From an uncultured bacterium (GTDB taxonomy: Bacteria > Oederibacteriota > CAKKQC01), in contig CAYNUZ010000003.1 in the NCBI GenBank assembly GCA_964400385.1, positions 1-34,356 on the forward strand: 34,356 bases of DNA, given 5' to 3'. Position numbers and translations under genes: made by a program. Shown here piece by piece: positions 1 to 8,495 of the stretch (position 1 is the stretch's first letter; each line of letters begins with the position of its first letter). The notes beneath the pieces are model-generated. The model saw only the letters and a program-made list of their open reading frames with translations. It made no database searches and had not been told where the DNA came from.

Positions 1-169
1 CCCGCCACACCCCCTCGACCAAGCGCCGCATCACCGCCTCCGTGCCGGCCGCTCCCTCACCTGGGGGTGGCGGCGTCGGGTCCACACCCAGTTGTCGCAA
101 CACGCCGAGCCAATCCTCCTCTGCCCACATCTCGGCGATCTGACCGTCGATGACACGACGCGACTCCAT
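1..169 (-). CDS. partial CDS running off the left edge; tentative SnoaL-like/ester-cyclase-like protein
   Basis: Hand translation of the reverse strand from ATG 169 gives MESRRVIDGQIAEMWAEEDWLGVLRQLGVDPTPPPPGEGAAGTEAVMRRLVEGVWRG..., open to position 1 and therefore absent from the ORF track. The TEAVMRRLVEGVW stretch resembles the N-terminal helix of SnoaL-like/ester cyclase proteins (from memory). The competing + frame reads low-complexity RHTPSTKRR...SSAHISAI and stops at 141-143. No SD; start is ATG 169 or GTG 184. Confidence 0.35.
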   Translation of the reverse strand, partial: MESRRVIDGQIAEMWAEEDWLGVLRQLGVDPTPPPPGEGAAGTEAVMRRLVEGVWR

Positions 170-1265
170 AGAGATGAAAGGCACAGGGCGCGCGGAGGCC
201 CGGATCCCCGTCACCGTCCGGGTGCTCGCGGGGAACCTGCCGCCCCTCGACTTCCCGACCGGCCTCTTCTTCAGCGCAATCCCGGTGCCGCGCCCGCTCC
301 TGCCCGATGACGCGACCTACTGGCGGCTGACCGGCCGGCTCCTCGACCGGCTGGCGCAGGCCGGGCGGACCTGCCTGACCAGCGGCCCGGATTATGCGCT
401 CACCTGGAAGGGTGGCGCGGCGGTGTGGGAGGGCGCGGACGCGGTCCGGGTCATCCGGATGGCCCGGGAGCGCGGACCCGTCCTCGCCGTCGTGAACTAC
501 GGCGGGTTCGACCGGGGGCTGCGCGACTTCACGCCGCCCCCGGGGATGGCGGCCGGGCCGGCGCTGGCCGAGGCCGGCCGGGCCTGGCTCGCCTTCGAGA
601 AGGCCAACGGCCTGCCACCGCACTACGTCTATGCGTATGACGAACCCGGGGTGGAGGACGACTTCCTCCCGATCTGGCCGCGGCTGGCCGCCCTGGAAGC
701 CGCGCACCTGCGCACGATCGGGTTTACCAGCATCGAGGACCCCGTGCACGCGGATGCCAACCACCTGCGGCTCCTGCGGGAGACGTTCGCGCCCGCGTTC
801 AACGAGCACACGCCCGCCACCCTGGCGGCGGTGACGGCGCTGGGCCACGAGCCGTGGGTCTATAACAACGGCCTCGGGCGGTACGAGCAGGGCGTGCACC
901 AGTGGCGCAACCGCAAGGCCGGGATGGCCGGCCGGCTCGACTGGATCGGGGCCATCGTGCAGGGATTCCAGTTCGACGCGCTCGATGCGCGGGAGCCCGA
1001 CCCGTCGTGCTTCTACGTCCACGCCACGCTGGGTGTCCTCGTGGCGCCCCGGTACGTGGGGCTGTGCGAGGGGACGCTGGACGCGCGGCTCCTGTTCGAG
1101 CTGGAGCGGCGGGCCGCCGCCGGCCGCGGCGCCTGGGTCCCGAAGGCCCGGGCCCTGCTCGACAGCCTGCTCGCCCGCCCCTACCGCACCCCCATGGCGG
1201 ACGCGGAGCTCACCGCGCTGCGTTCCGCGGTGCTGGACCTGCTGGAGGCCGCCGCGAAGGACTAG
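150..1265 (+). CDS. hypothetical protein, weakly glycoside-hydrolase/TIM-barrel-like (DUF4091-like)
   Basis: 371-codon ORF with strong G/C third positions and protein-like sequence (ARIPVTVRVLAGNLPPLDFPTGLFF...). The YVYAYDEPG and WVYNNG segments recall DUF4091/GH-like proteins (weak, from memory). Start is ambiguous (ATG 150, ATG 174 or GTG 222), bounded by an in-frame stop at 141-143. Confidence 0.75.
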   Translation: MTRRDSIEMKGTGRAEARIPVTVRVLAGNLPPLDFPTGLFFSAIPVPRPLLPDDATYWRLTGRLLDRLAQAGRTCLTSGPDYALTWKGGAAVWEGADAVRVIRMARERGPVLAVVNYGGFDRGLRDFTPPPGMAAGPALAEAGRAWLAFEKANGLPPHYVYAYDEPGVEDDFLPIWPRLAALEAAHLRTIGFTSIEDPVHADANHLRLLRETFAPAFNEHTPATLAAVTALGHEPWVYNNGLGRYEQGVHQWRNRKAGMAGRLDWIGAIVQGFQFDALDAREPDPSCFYVHATLGVLVAPRYVGLCEGTLDARLLFELERRAAAGRGAWVPKARALLDSLLARPYRTPMADAELTALRSAVLDLLEAAAKD

Positions 1266-1271
1266 GCCCGG

Positions 1272-2327
1272 CTACCGGCTCCGCGGGCTCGCGAACTTCG
1301 TCCCGCGCTTGGCCCGGTCGATCGTCCGCATGATCTCCCGCGCCTGCTCGGGCGTCACCACCATCCGCCCCTTGCGCAGCAGCACGTCCGCCACGTTGTC
1401 GTAGAATCCGCCGCCCGGCTTGACCGGCTTCGCGGGCCGCTGCTCCTCCTGCCACGGGAGCGTCTCGCCCTTGCCGTCCACGCCGTACCGCCGGTTGGGC
1501 GCCGCGCCCGTGTGGAGGACGAGCCGGGGCACCTTCGCGGGGTCGTACCAGCGCAGCGTCGAGGTCGTCCCGTCGCTCACCAGCGATCCCGTGGACCCCA
1601 GGATCGTCCACTTGACCGCGGGGCTCGCGGTGGCCGTGGACAGCTCCAGGTCGCAGACCCGGCCGTTGGTCCCGCGGAGCAGGACCTTCACGTGGTCCTC
1701 GCAATCCCCCGCGTCCTTGATGTGCTGGAGGTCGCCCCAGACGTCCGCCACCGGGGCGTCGAGGAAGTCGAGCGCCATGTCCACCAGGTGCGGCCCGGTG
1801 TTGTTCAGCACCCCGCCGCCGTTCTTGCGGAGCGTCTGCCAGTCGTTGCGGCGGGCGTACCCGGACCAGCGGGCGGAGATCTGGAAGACCCGGCCCAGCC
1901 GGCCCCCGTCGAGCATCTCCCGCAGGTGCCGGTACTCGTCGTTGAACCGGTAGTTCTGGTGGACGAACAGCTTCCGGCCCGCGCGCTTCGCGGCGGCGAT
2001 CATCGCCGCGGCCTCCGCCGCGCCCATCGCCATCGGCTTCTCGCACACCACGTGGCACCCGGCGGCCAGCGCGGCCAGCGTGTGCGGGCCGTGGTCCACC
2101 GATTTCGAGGCCACCACCACGAGGTCGAGGGTCGCGCCCTTCAGCATGGCCTTGAGGTCGGGATACGCCCAGCACCCCAGCTCGCGCTGGGCTTCGGCCC
2201 GCCGCTCGGGCAGCGGATCCGCCACCGCGGCAACCTTGAAGTCCTTCCGCCCCTTGAGCTCACGGGCGTGGATATCCCAGCCCGACCGTCCCAGCCCGAC
2301 AATGCCGACGCGAATGGGTGTTTTCAT
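1272..2327 (-). CDS. Gfo/Idh/MocA family NAD(P)-dependent oxidoreductase
   Basis: N-terminal Rossmann motif IRVGIVGLGRSG, HVVCEKPMAM motif and 351 aa length are typical of the family. Confidence 0.95.
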   Translation of the reverse strand: MKTPIRVGIVGLGRSGWDIHARELKGRKDFKVAAVADPLPERRAEAQRELGCWAYPDLKAMLKGATLDLVVVASKSVDHGPHTLAALAAGCHVVCEKPMAMGAAEAAAMIAAAKRAGRKLFVHQNYRFNDEYRHLREMLDGGRLGRVFQISARWSGYARRNDWQTLRKNGGGVLNNTGPHLVDMALDFLDAPVADVWGDLQHIKDAGDCEDHVKVLLRGTNGRVCDLELSTATASPAVKWTILGSTGSLVSDGTTSTLRWYDPAKVPRLVLHTGAAPNRRYGVDGKGETLPWQEEQRPAKPVKPGGGFYDNVADVLLRKGRMVVTPEQAREIMRTIDRAKRGTKFASPRSR

Positions 2328-2333
2328 GGGCCC

Positions 2334-2339
2334 ATTCTA
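2334..2339 (-). promoter_or_regulatory. -10-like box TAGAAT, 6 nt upstream of the oxidoreductase ATG (leaderless-type promoter)
   Basis: Minus strand reads TAGAAT gggccc ATG. No SD is possible in a 6-nt spacer. Confidence 0.4.
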
Positions 2340-2352
2340 TTCCGGGGAGGGT

Positions 2353-2358
2353 TACTAT
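2353..2358 (+). promoter_or_regulatory. -10-like box TACTAT, 7 nt upstream of the PhyH ATG (leaderless-type promoter)
   Basis: Plus strand reads TACTAT aggaacc ATG(2366). Confidence 0.35.
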
Positions 2359-2365
2359 AGGAACC

Positions 2366-3514
2366 ATGCCCGACGGAAACGGATCCGCGCCTGCCGCGAC
2401 GGCGGCCCCCGCCAACCCGTGGACCCGCCCCGGCCGGTACACGCTCAGCGTCGAGGAATACGTCCGGTTCAAGCGGGACGGCTTCCTGGCCGTCCGCGGG
2501 CTGGTGGCGCCGGCCGAGGTCGCCGAGCTCCGCGCCCACACCGAGGACCTCATGCAGGGCCGGCTCCCCGAGCAGAACCGGAGCATGCAGGCCCGCGACA
2601 CGGCCAAGGACGACGGGGTCACGATCCAGGACCTCGAGGCGCCCCCGGCGGACCTGACGCCCACCCAGAAGGCCCAGTTCTTCCTGCGCATCCACATGCT
2701 CCACCGGCGGCTCGCGCTGCACGAGCGGTACATGCTCCACCCGCGGGTCCTCGACGTGGTCGAGTCGCTGATCGGGCCCGACGTCCTGGCGATGCAGACC
2801 ATGCTCTTCCTCAAGCCCCCGGGCAAGCCGGGCCAGGGCTGGCACCAGGACGCGTACTACATCCCGGTCTTCCCGGAATCGCTCCTCGGCGCCTGGATCG
2901 CCATCGACGAGGCGGACGAGATGAACGGCGCCATGTGGTTCGCCACCGGCAGCCAGCACGAGCCGGTGTACCCGCCGGCGGACGGCTACGGGTACGGCCA
3001 GCGCGACCTGGGGGGGATCGGGGGCGTCAAGGGCGTGAGCAACCCGGTGGACGGGGACAACGACCTTGCCCGGGTGGCGGACCGGTACCCGCAGGTGCTC
3101 GTCGCGGCCCAGCCCGGCGACGTCGTCTTCTTCGGCGGCCACGTGCTGCACCGCAGCAAGGCGAACCGCACCCCGGACCGGTTCCGGCGCGCCTTCGTTT
3201 CGCACTTCTGCAACGCACGCGCCTTCACCCAGTGGGGGGCCGACGCGGGATACGACGACCGGCACAAGGCGACCGCGCAGGATCCCGTGACGAAGATGAC
3301 CAACGGGTCGCACATCCTGGCCCGGGGCGATACCCACCTGCCGTTCGCGAAGCCCCGGTTCGGGACCCCGTGCGCCGCGCTGCAGTCCGCGGCGGAGCGG
3401 CAGCGGGCCTCCGCGTACGCGCTCCAGGTGGTGGCGGACATGGACTCGGGCGACATGGGCGTCATGCCCGCCGACCCGGCCCGCAAGGACGACGACTCCC
3501 CTTATTCGGCCTGA
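2366..3514 (+). CDS. phytanoyl-CoA dioxygenase (PhyH) family Fe(II)/2-oxoglutarate dioxygenase
   Basis: WHQDAYY (His-x-Asp) and HVLHRSKANRT (distal His, Arg) motifs; the N-terminal FKRDGFLAVRGL is typical of PhyH. I prefer ATG 2366 to the track start 2318, which overlaps the divergent gene's start codon. Confidence 0.9.
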   Translation: MPDGNGSAPAATAAPANPWTRPGRYTLSVEEYVRFKRDGFLAVRGLVAPAEVAELRAHTEDLMQGRLPEQNRSMQARDTAKDDGVTIQDLEAPPADLTPTQKAQFFLRIHMLHRRLALHERYMLHPRVLDVVESLIGPDVLAMQTMLFLKPPGKPGQGWHQDAYYIPVFPESLLGAWIAIDEADEMNGAMWFATGSQHEPVYPPADGYGYGQRDLGGIGGVKGVSNPVDGDNDLARVADRYPQVLVAAQPGDVVFFGGHVLHRSKANRTPDRFRRAFVSHFCNARAFTQWGADAGYDDRHKATAQDPVTKMTNGSHILARGDTHLPFAKPRFGTPCAALQSAAERQRASAYALQVVADMDSGDMGVMPADPARKDDDSPYSA

Positions 3515-4584
3515 CCCGACGCGGGTTCCGGCGGCGCGGCCGCCCGGATCGCGAGCAATTCCGGGAGGGCCCGCTCGAAGGACGCCACGACCGCGGGATC
3601 GAAGTGGGCGCCGCTCCCCATCCGCACCATCTTGACCGCCTCGTCCACGTCCACGGCCTGGTGGTAGCACCGGTCGGAGGTGATCGCGTCGAAGACGTCG
3701 CACACCGCGCAGATGCGGGCCGAGAGGGGGATGGCCTCGCCCGCCAGGCCGTCCGGATACCCCGTCCCGTCCCACTTTTCGTGGTGGGAGCGCGCGATCG
3801 TCCGGCAGGTCTGGATCAGCCGGGACGTGCCGCCGCTCAGCAGCTCGGCGCCGATCGCGGCGTGCGTCCGCATGATCTTCCACTCCTCCGGGGCGAGCGG
3901 GCCGGCCTTGAGCAGGATGGCGTCGGGGATCGCGATCTTGCCGATGTCGTGCATCGGGCTGGCCTGGAGCATCAGCTCCACGTCCTCCGCGAACCAGCCG
4001 TGCGCCGCCGCCACCCGCGCACAGTACCGGCTCATGCGCTCGATGTGGGCCCCCGTGGAATGGTCCCGGCGCTCGGCGGCGCGCGCGAGCCGGTGGACCA
4101 CCTCGAACTGGGCCTCCCGCAGCTCACGGGTGCGCTCCGCCACCCGCGCCGCCAGTGCGTGGTTCTGGTCCAGGACGCGCCGGCCCAGCAGGCGGGTCTC
4201 CAGCATGTTCCGGATTCGGGCCAGCACCTCCGGGACCTCGAACGGCTTGGCGATGAAGTCGCGCGCCCCGGAAGCCAGCGCCCGCACCCGGGTGGCGAGG
4301 TCGGCCTGGCCCGTGAGGACCAGGACCACGGGCTCGTCCCCGGGATCCACCGCCCGCAGTCCCGCGAGCACCGCGAACCCGTCGAGGTGCGGCATGTTGA
4401 TGTCGAGGAGCACGAGATCCGGCCGGAGGTCCGCGTACCGGGCCACGGCCTCCCGGGAGTCGGACACGCAGGTGACGGCGAGGTACCCGGCCGTGGAGAG
4501 GATCTCCACCAGGGTGTCGAGGTTGGCCTGCTGGTCGTCCACGATCAGCAGGCGGGCCCGCCGCACCTCCTCGTCCGGAATCAT
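3502..4584 (-). CDS. two-component response regulator with HD-GYP output domain (RpfG-like c-di-GMP phosphodiesterase)
   Basis: REC domain (LLIVDDQ, DLVLLDINMP, AKPF) followed by HD-GYP (HDIGKIAIP ... HHEKWDGTGYPDGL). Confidence 0.95.
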   Translation of the reverse strand: MIPDEEVRRARLLIVDDQQANLDTLVEILSTAGYLAVTCVSDSREAVARYADLRPDLVLLDINMPHLDGFAVLAGLRAVDPGDEPVVLVLTGQADLATRVRALASGARDFIAKPFEVPEVLARIRNMLETRLLGRRVLDQNHALAARVAERTRELREAQFEVVHRLARAAERRDHSTGAHIERMSRYCARVAAAHGWFAEDVELMLQASPMHDIGKIAIPDAILLKAGPLAPEEWKIMRTHAAIGAELLSGGTSRLIQTCRTIARSHHEKWDGTGYPDGLAGEAIPLSARICAVCDVFDAITSDRCYHQAVDVDEAVKMVRMGSGAHFDPAVVASFERALPELLAIRAAAPPEPASGQAE

Positions 4585-4673
4585 GACCCGGGGCCCCCGT
4601 GCCCGTCCATCACGGCCTGATCATGCCAGCCGGTCCGCGGATGCCGGAACCCCGGCCCCCGCCCAAGGCGGCG

Positions 4674-7600
4674 CTAATTGACCGTGACGCGGAAGCAGGC
4701 ACAGCCGGTTGTCTGGACGCCGGCCATCGGCACGGTCCACCGCAGCCACTTGGTGCCGACCGGCGGCAGCCCGGCGGCGAAGGAGGCGGCCGGCGGCGCC
4801 ACCGCGGAGGTCGAGGTGGACGACGAGACGGTCACCGCCACGCCGTCGGTGCTGCCGCAGTCGAACGGCGCGGTCGTGGCCTCCGGCAGGAACGTCGTCC
4901 CCATGGGGATGGCGTCGGTGATGACGAAACTGAACGCCGAGGCGCTGGAGTAGTTGCTCCAGCAGACCTGGAACCGCACGGTGTCGCCCGAGGCCGCGAT
5001 GGAGAGACCGGGCGTCTTGGTCAGCTTGACGTCCGCGCCGACGACCATCACCGTCGTCAAGCCCAGGATGGAGCCATCCACGGTGTCCATGCCCACGATG
5101 GTCTGGAGCCCCAGCTTGGTCATCGTCACGTTGATGAACATCTTGACCCCGTTGTCGCAGCCGTTGACGCACCCGGCGCCCTTGCACGGCGCGCCCGGGT
5201 CGTTCGAGTCCCACGTGTAGTTGTAGGTGTCCATGGGCGTCCCCTCGATCAGGGCCTTGGAGTCGGTCGAGGTGAACGAGGTGGAGCCGCAGTAGTCGGT
5301 CTTGGTGCTGCCCGCGCTGTCGATGACCAGGACCGTGATCCAGAACGACTGGCCGGCGAAGACGGTCGGGGGGGCGATGATGATGTAGTGGTCGCCGGTG
5401 CGGACGAACGGCGCCGTGAAGAACTTCTCGGTGATCTTCGCCTGGTGGTACTGGGCCACCATGTCGCCCTGGGCGCCGCCCGCGTTCAGCGTGATCCGGT
5501 AGTTGATCCGCGCCCCACTGCCGGGGTTGGTGAAGGGCATGAAGACGATCGCCTGGTCCACGCCGTCGGTCGTGTACCGGGCCGAGTAGCCGCCTCCCGC
5601 CGCGTTGGACGAGTTGATCTGGACGCCCATGCCGATCTTGGGGCAGAACACGTTGATGTACAGCGTGCCCGGCGTGCTCGCCACCGCGTGGTGGAACCAG
5701 AATTCCTGGCCGGCCTGCAATCCATCGGCGGAGTGGAGGTTGGACGCCCCGGACCAGTGGCTGAAGATGTTCCCGCCCGTATTGACCTGGATGGGCCCGC
5801 CGCCCGTCAACTCGATCTTCCAGAGCGTGGCGTAGGTGGTGGACGCCATGGTGGTGTCGTAGCCCCCGCCGTACACGTGCGCATTGCCGCTCACGCCGGC
5901 CAGCGGCGTCAGCCCCGGATTGACCGTGTCCGTCGCCTTCGGCAGCCAGATGCCCGCCGAGCCGGCCATCGTGGTCGGCCACGCGGTGCTCGGGACCTTG
6001 GTGTTCAGCGGCTGGTACTTGTAGACGCGGTACGTGGCCAGCGACCCCATCGAGGTGTTCCCGACGATGCAGTTCGGGGTCAGGCTCGGGTGCGCGATCG
6101 GGTAGAAGCTGCCCAGCCCGACCTGGGACACCAGGTTGCCGTTGTCCCGGTTGGGCACCATCCCGCCGTGGTTGTCGAACGCCCCGCCAATCCCCGGCGC
6201 GCCGAACGTGTGATAACCCTGGTAGATCATGTTCTGCGCGTCGGAGGAGATGATCCGGAAGTGGTAGATGGTGTCCACGGTCGGGCCGTAGGTCCCCTCC
6301 AGCGGCATCCAGCAGCTCTCCGCCGCGATGAACCCGGTCTTGACGTAGTCCCATGAGAGCGTGGCGGGGTTCCACTTGAAGAGGTGCACCGTCGTGTCCA
6401 GGTTCCCGTCAAACACATTGTTCGAATTCATGCTGGTGTTGATGATCACCAACCGGTCCCCGTGTCCGATGGTGTTCAGACCGTTCTGATCCGGACGCAT
6501 CGTCGTGTAGTGCATGAATCCGACGTACGACAGGCTGGTGGACGGCAGATACGTAAACGAGTCGTCGTTCGAATCGGATCCCTCGGTCATGGTGAGCCAC
6601 AGGATCGGCGAGTTCGAGGAGACCTTGTAGAGGAAGTCGAAGGGATAGGTCGGGCAGATATCGTCCCAGATGCCCGGCCAGTACATGGACGGGGCCCGCT
6701 CGATCTTGCACCCGGGGTTCGAAAGCCCGCCGTCGGCCGGATAGCCCCCGACGCACGACCCGACCAGCGTGTTGATGGTCGCGCTCTTCCCGCCGGTCAC
6801 CGCGACGCCGATGCCGGGGTACTCCAGCTTCCGGAACTCGAAGTTCGTGCTCATGTTGAGCGGGAAGAACGTCACGAAGAACCCGGGGCACACGCCCTTG
6901 TCGTCCTCCGAGGCCGCATAACTCGTGTACGAGAAGTAGGTGGTCCGGAGGATGATGATCGCCAGGTGCGTGAAGTTGGCCGGCTTGACCGAGCTGCCCG
7001 TCCCGTTGAAGATCCCCGTCCGCCCTTTTTCCAGCAGCGAGACCCGGTTGATGGCCGTCGAGTTCGCCGGGACGGTGGGCCGCAGTTTCGTCTTGTACCG
7101 CAGGGTCAGCGTGTACTGCGGAGCCATGTCCAGTGTCCAGGTGAGGATCGTCTTCGAACCGGAGAGCACCTTCCCGGCGCTGGCGGCGGCGCATCCGGAC
7201 GGCGTCATCGTCCAGCCCGTGCACGGATCCTCGAGGCCGTACCCCGGACCCCACACGTCCAGCTCCGCGGGGACCGTGTCCCAGACGCTCACGTTCCACC
7301 AGGTCTTCCGCAGCGAGACGTTCTTGAGGAAGATCTCGTACGTCATCTCGTCGTCCGGCACGCCGTAGCCCGCCGCGAACAGGATGTCGTTGCTCCCCAC
7401 CTTCCAGAAGAGGAACCGAGACACCACGGTGTCGGTCGGCGCGCTCACCATCGTCGGACTGCATGAGGCTCCGCCCCAGAACGACTGCGCGACGTTGTTC
7501 AGCCGCTGCCCCTCGGGCGCGGCGACGTCGCCGGATCCCGGCTCGAACAGCTCGCCGTTCCCCCAGTCCACCGTGAGCGAGAAGATGACCGATCCCGTCG

Positions 7601-8495
7601 GACCGCCGGCGGTCGCGAGCGGGCCGGGGATCGTCCACCGGAGGCGGATCGGCGGCCCGATATCGGGATCCCACAACGGGTCGGCGGCGGGCACCGCGCT
7701 GCCGGTGACGTAGTGGGTAAACGGGGGCACACTGTCAATCAGCGTGATGGGGGAAATGGCCGCCGTCCCCGGCCGGCCGTAGTAGATCGTGTACGTGATG
7801 GTGTCGCCCGGCGCCGCGGCGTCCAGGTTGCCCTCCTTGGTGAGGTACCGGATCTCCTTGGGCGTGGTGTCGGTCGTGTCCGCCCACGGCGCCGACCACC
7901 CGCACGTGTCGTACAACCCGCCGGGATTCGCCGGGTCGATGATGTCGTTGAATCCGGGCCCGAGCTCCACGGTCGCGCCGTCGGTGGGACACGACCCGAT
8001 GTCGGTGTACACGTACAGGTTGGGATACCCGAGGCAGGCGGTGGTCGGGTCCGTGCCAAACGGGATCGCCCCGGCCCACGTCCAGCACGGGTAGGTCTGG
8101 ATCCCGATGGTCCACACGCCGGCGTAGGTCATCGTGACCAGGCCCGAGTTTGTGCCGCCGCAGATCAGCTGGAAGTACATCGCCTTGATGTCGCCCGCCG
8201 CGCCCCCGCTGGCCGTGCCGTAGTTCATCATCGTGAGCCCGGTGATCGAGGACGTCGGGCACCCGCACGTGAGGTCGTCGCATTCGCCGATCACGAACGA
8301 GGACTGGGGAACGTGGTACCAGTTGGGGAAGATCGTCTGGTAGTTGGAGAAGGGGGCGATGGGGTTGGCGAGGAAATCCACGAACCCGTCCGCCCGCGCG
8401 GCGTCCGCCGCCAGCACGCACATCGCGATCGCCGCCATCCGGATGAACGCGCCCCCCCGCGCGCCCGGTTCCTGGCGGCACTGCCGGGTCGTCAT
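4674..8495 (-). CDS. 1273-aa secreted cell-surface protein. Architecture: signal peptide, Cys-rich N-domain, three DUF11-type repeat modules, one Ig-like module and a ~560-aa unassigned beta-rich core
   Basis: Signal peptide AFIRMAAIAMCVLAADAARA|DG. DUF11/conserved-repeat-domain signatures at aa ~216-310 (YLTKEGNLDAAAPGDTITYTIYY...LIDSVP), ~360-472 and 1154-1273 (VKLTKTPGLSIAASGDTVRFQVCW...ITDAIPMGTTF). G/C third positions remain high throughout. AGGAG lies 10 nt upstream of the ATG. Confidence 0.9.
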   Translation of the reverse strand: MTTRQCRQEPGARGGAFIRMAAIAMCVLAADAARADGFVDFLANPIAPFSNYQTIFPNWYHVPQSSFVIGECDDLTCGCPTSSITGLTMMNYGTASGGAAGDIKAMYFQLICGGTNSGLVTMTYAGVWTIGIQTYPCWTWAGAIPFGTDPTTACLGYPNLYVYTDIGSCPTDGATVELGPGFNDIIDPANPGGLYDTCGWSAPWADTTDTTPKEIRYLTKEGNLDAAAPGDTITYTIYYGRPGTAAISPITLIDSVPPFTHYVTGSAVPAADPLWDPDIGPPIRLRWTIPGPLATAGGPTGSVIFSLTVDWGNGELFEPGSGDVAAPEGQRLNNVAQSFWGGASCSPTMVSAPTDTVVSRFLFWKVGSNDILFAAGYGVPDDEMTYEIFLKNVSLRKTWWNVSVWDTVPAELDVWGPGYGLEDPCTGWTMTPSGCAAASAGKVLSGSKTILTWTLDMAPQYTLTLRYKTKLRPTVPANSTAINRVSLLEKGRTGIFNGTGSSVKPANFTHLAIIILRTTYFSYTSYAASEDDKGVCPGFFVTFFPLNMSTNFEFRKLEYPGIGVAVTGGKSATINTLVGSCVGGYPADGGLSNPGCKIERAPSMYWPGIWDDICPTYPFDFLYKVSSNSPILWLTMTEGSDSNDDSFTYLPSTSLSYVGFMHYTTMRPDQNGLNTIGHGDRLVIINTSMNSNNVFDGNLDTTVHLFKWNPATLSWDYVKTGFIAAESCWMPLEGTYGPTVDTIYHFRIISSDAQNMIYQGYHTFGAPGIGGAFDNHGGMVPNRDNGNLVSQVGLGSFYPIAHPSLTPNCIVGNTSMGSLATYRVYKYQPLNTKVPSTAWPTTMAGSAGIWLPKATDTVNPGLTPLAGVSGNAHVYGGGYDTTMASTTYATLWKIELTGGGPIQVNTGGNIFSHWSGASNLHSADGLQAGQEFWFHHAVASTPGTLYINVFCPKIGMGVQINSSNAAGGGYSARYTTDGVDQAIVFMPFTNPGSGARINYRITLNAGGAQGDMVAQYHQAKITEKFFTAPFVRTGDHYIIIAPPTVFAGQSFWITVLVIDSAGSTKTDYCGSTSFTSTDSKALIEGTPMDTYNYTWDSNDPGAPCKGAGCVNGCDNGVKMFINVTMTKLGLQTIVGMDTVDGSILGLTTVMVVGADVKLTKTPGLSIAASGDTVRFQVCWSNYSSASAFSFVITDAIPMGTTFLPEATTAPFDCGSTDGVAVTVSSSTSTSAVAPPAASFAAGLPPVGTKWLRWTVPMAGVQTTGCACFRVTVN

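Noticed and set aside
2080-4620. 846-aa plus-strand ORF spanning the oxidoreductase, PhyH and response-regulator loci. Similar long ORFs: 2324..3883(-), 14041..16113(-), 18237..20492(-), 25205..26902(-), 27596..29578(-), 29710..31281(-) and 31762..33186(-).
   Set aside because: The translations are Arg/Pro/Gly/His-rich low complexity with no motifs. Each overlaps a gene in another frame or strand that has clear family signatures. These are typical shadow ORFs of ~70% GC DNA, where stop codons are rare.
5391-7079. Lower GC in the middle of the giant gene as evidence of horizontal acquisition. My hand counts are 52% for 6421-6480 and 57% for 6541-6600, against 70% for 9001-9060.
   Set aside because: In a 39-codon sample of the same region (about 6384-6500) 33 codons still end in G or C. 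The drop therefore reflects Asn/Thr/Ser/Ile/Tyr-rich protein composition, not foreign codon usage.
4599-7674. Alternative-frame ORFs inside the giant surface-protein gene (4599..6356+, 4621..6375-, 6384..7466+, 6409..7674-).
   Set aside because: Same low-complexity Arg/Gly/Pro/Asp composition. Only the 4674..8495 minus frame gives a signal peptide, DUF11 modules and G/C-rich third positions.
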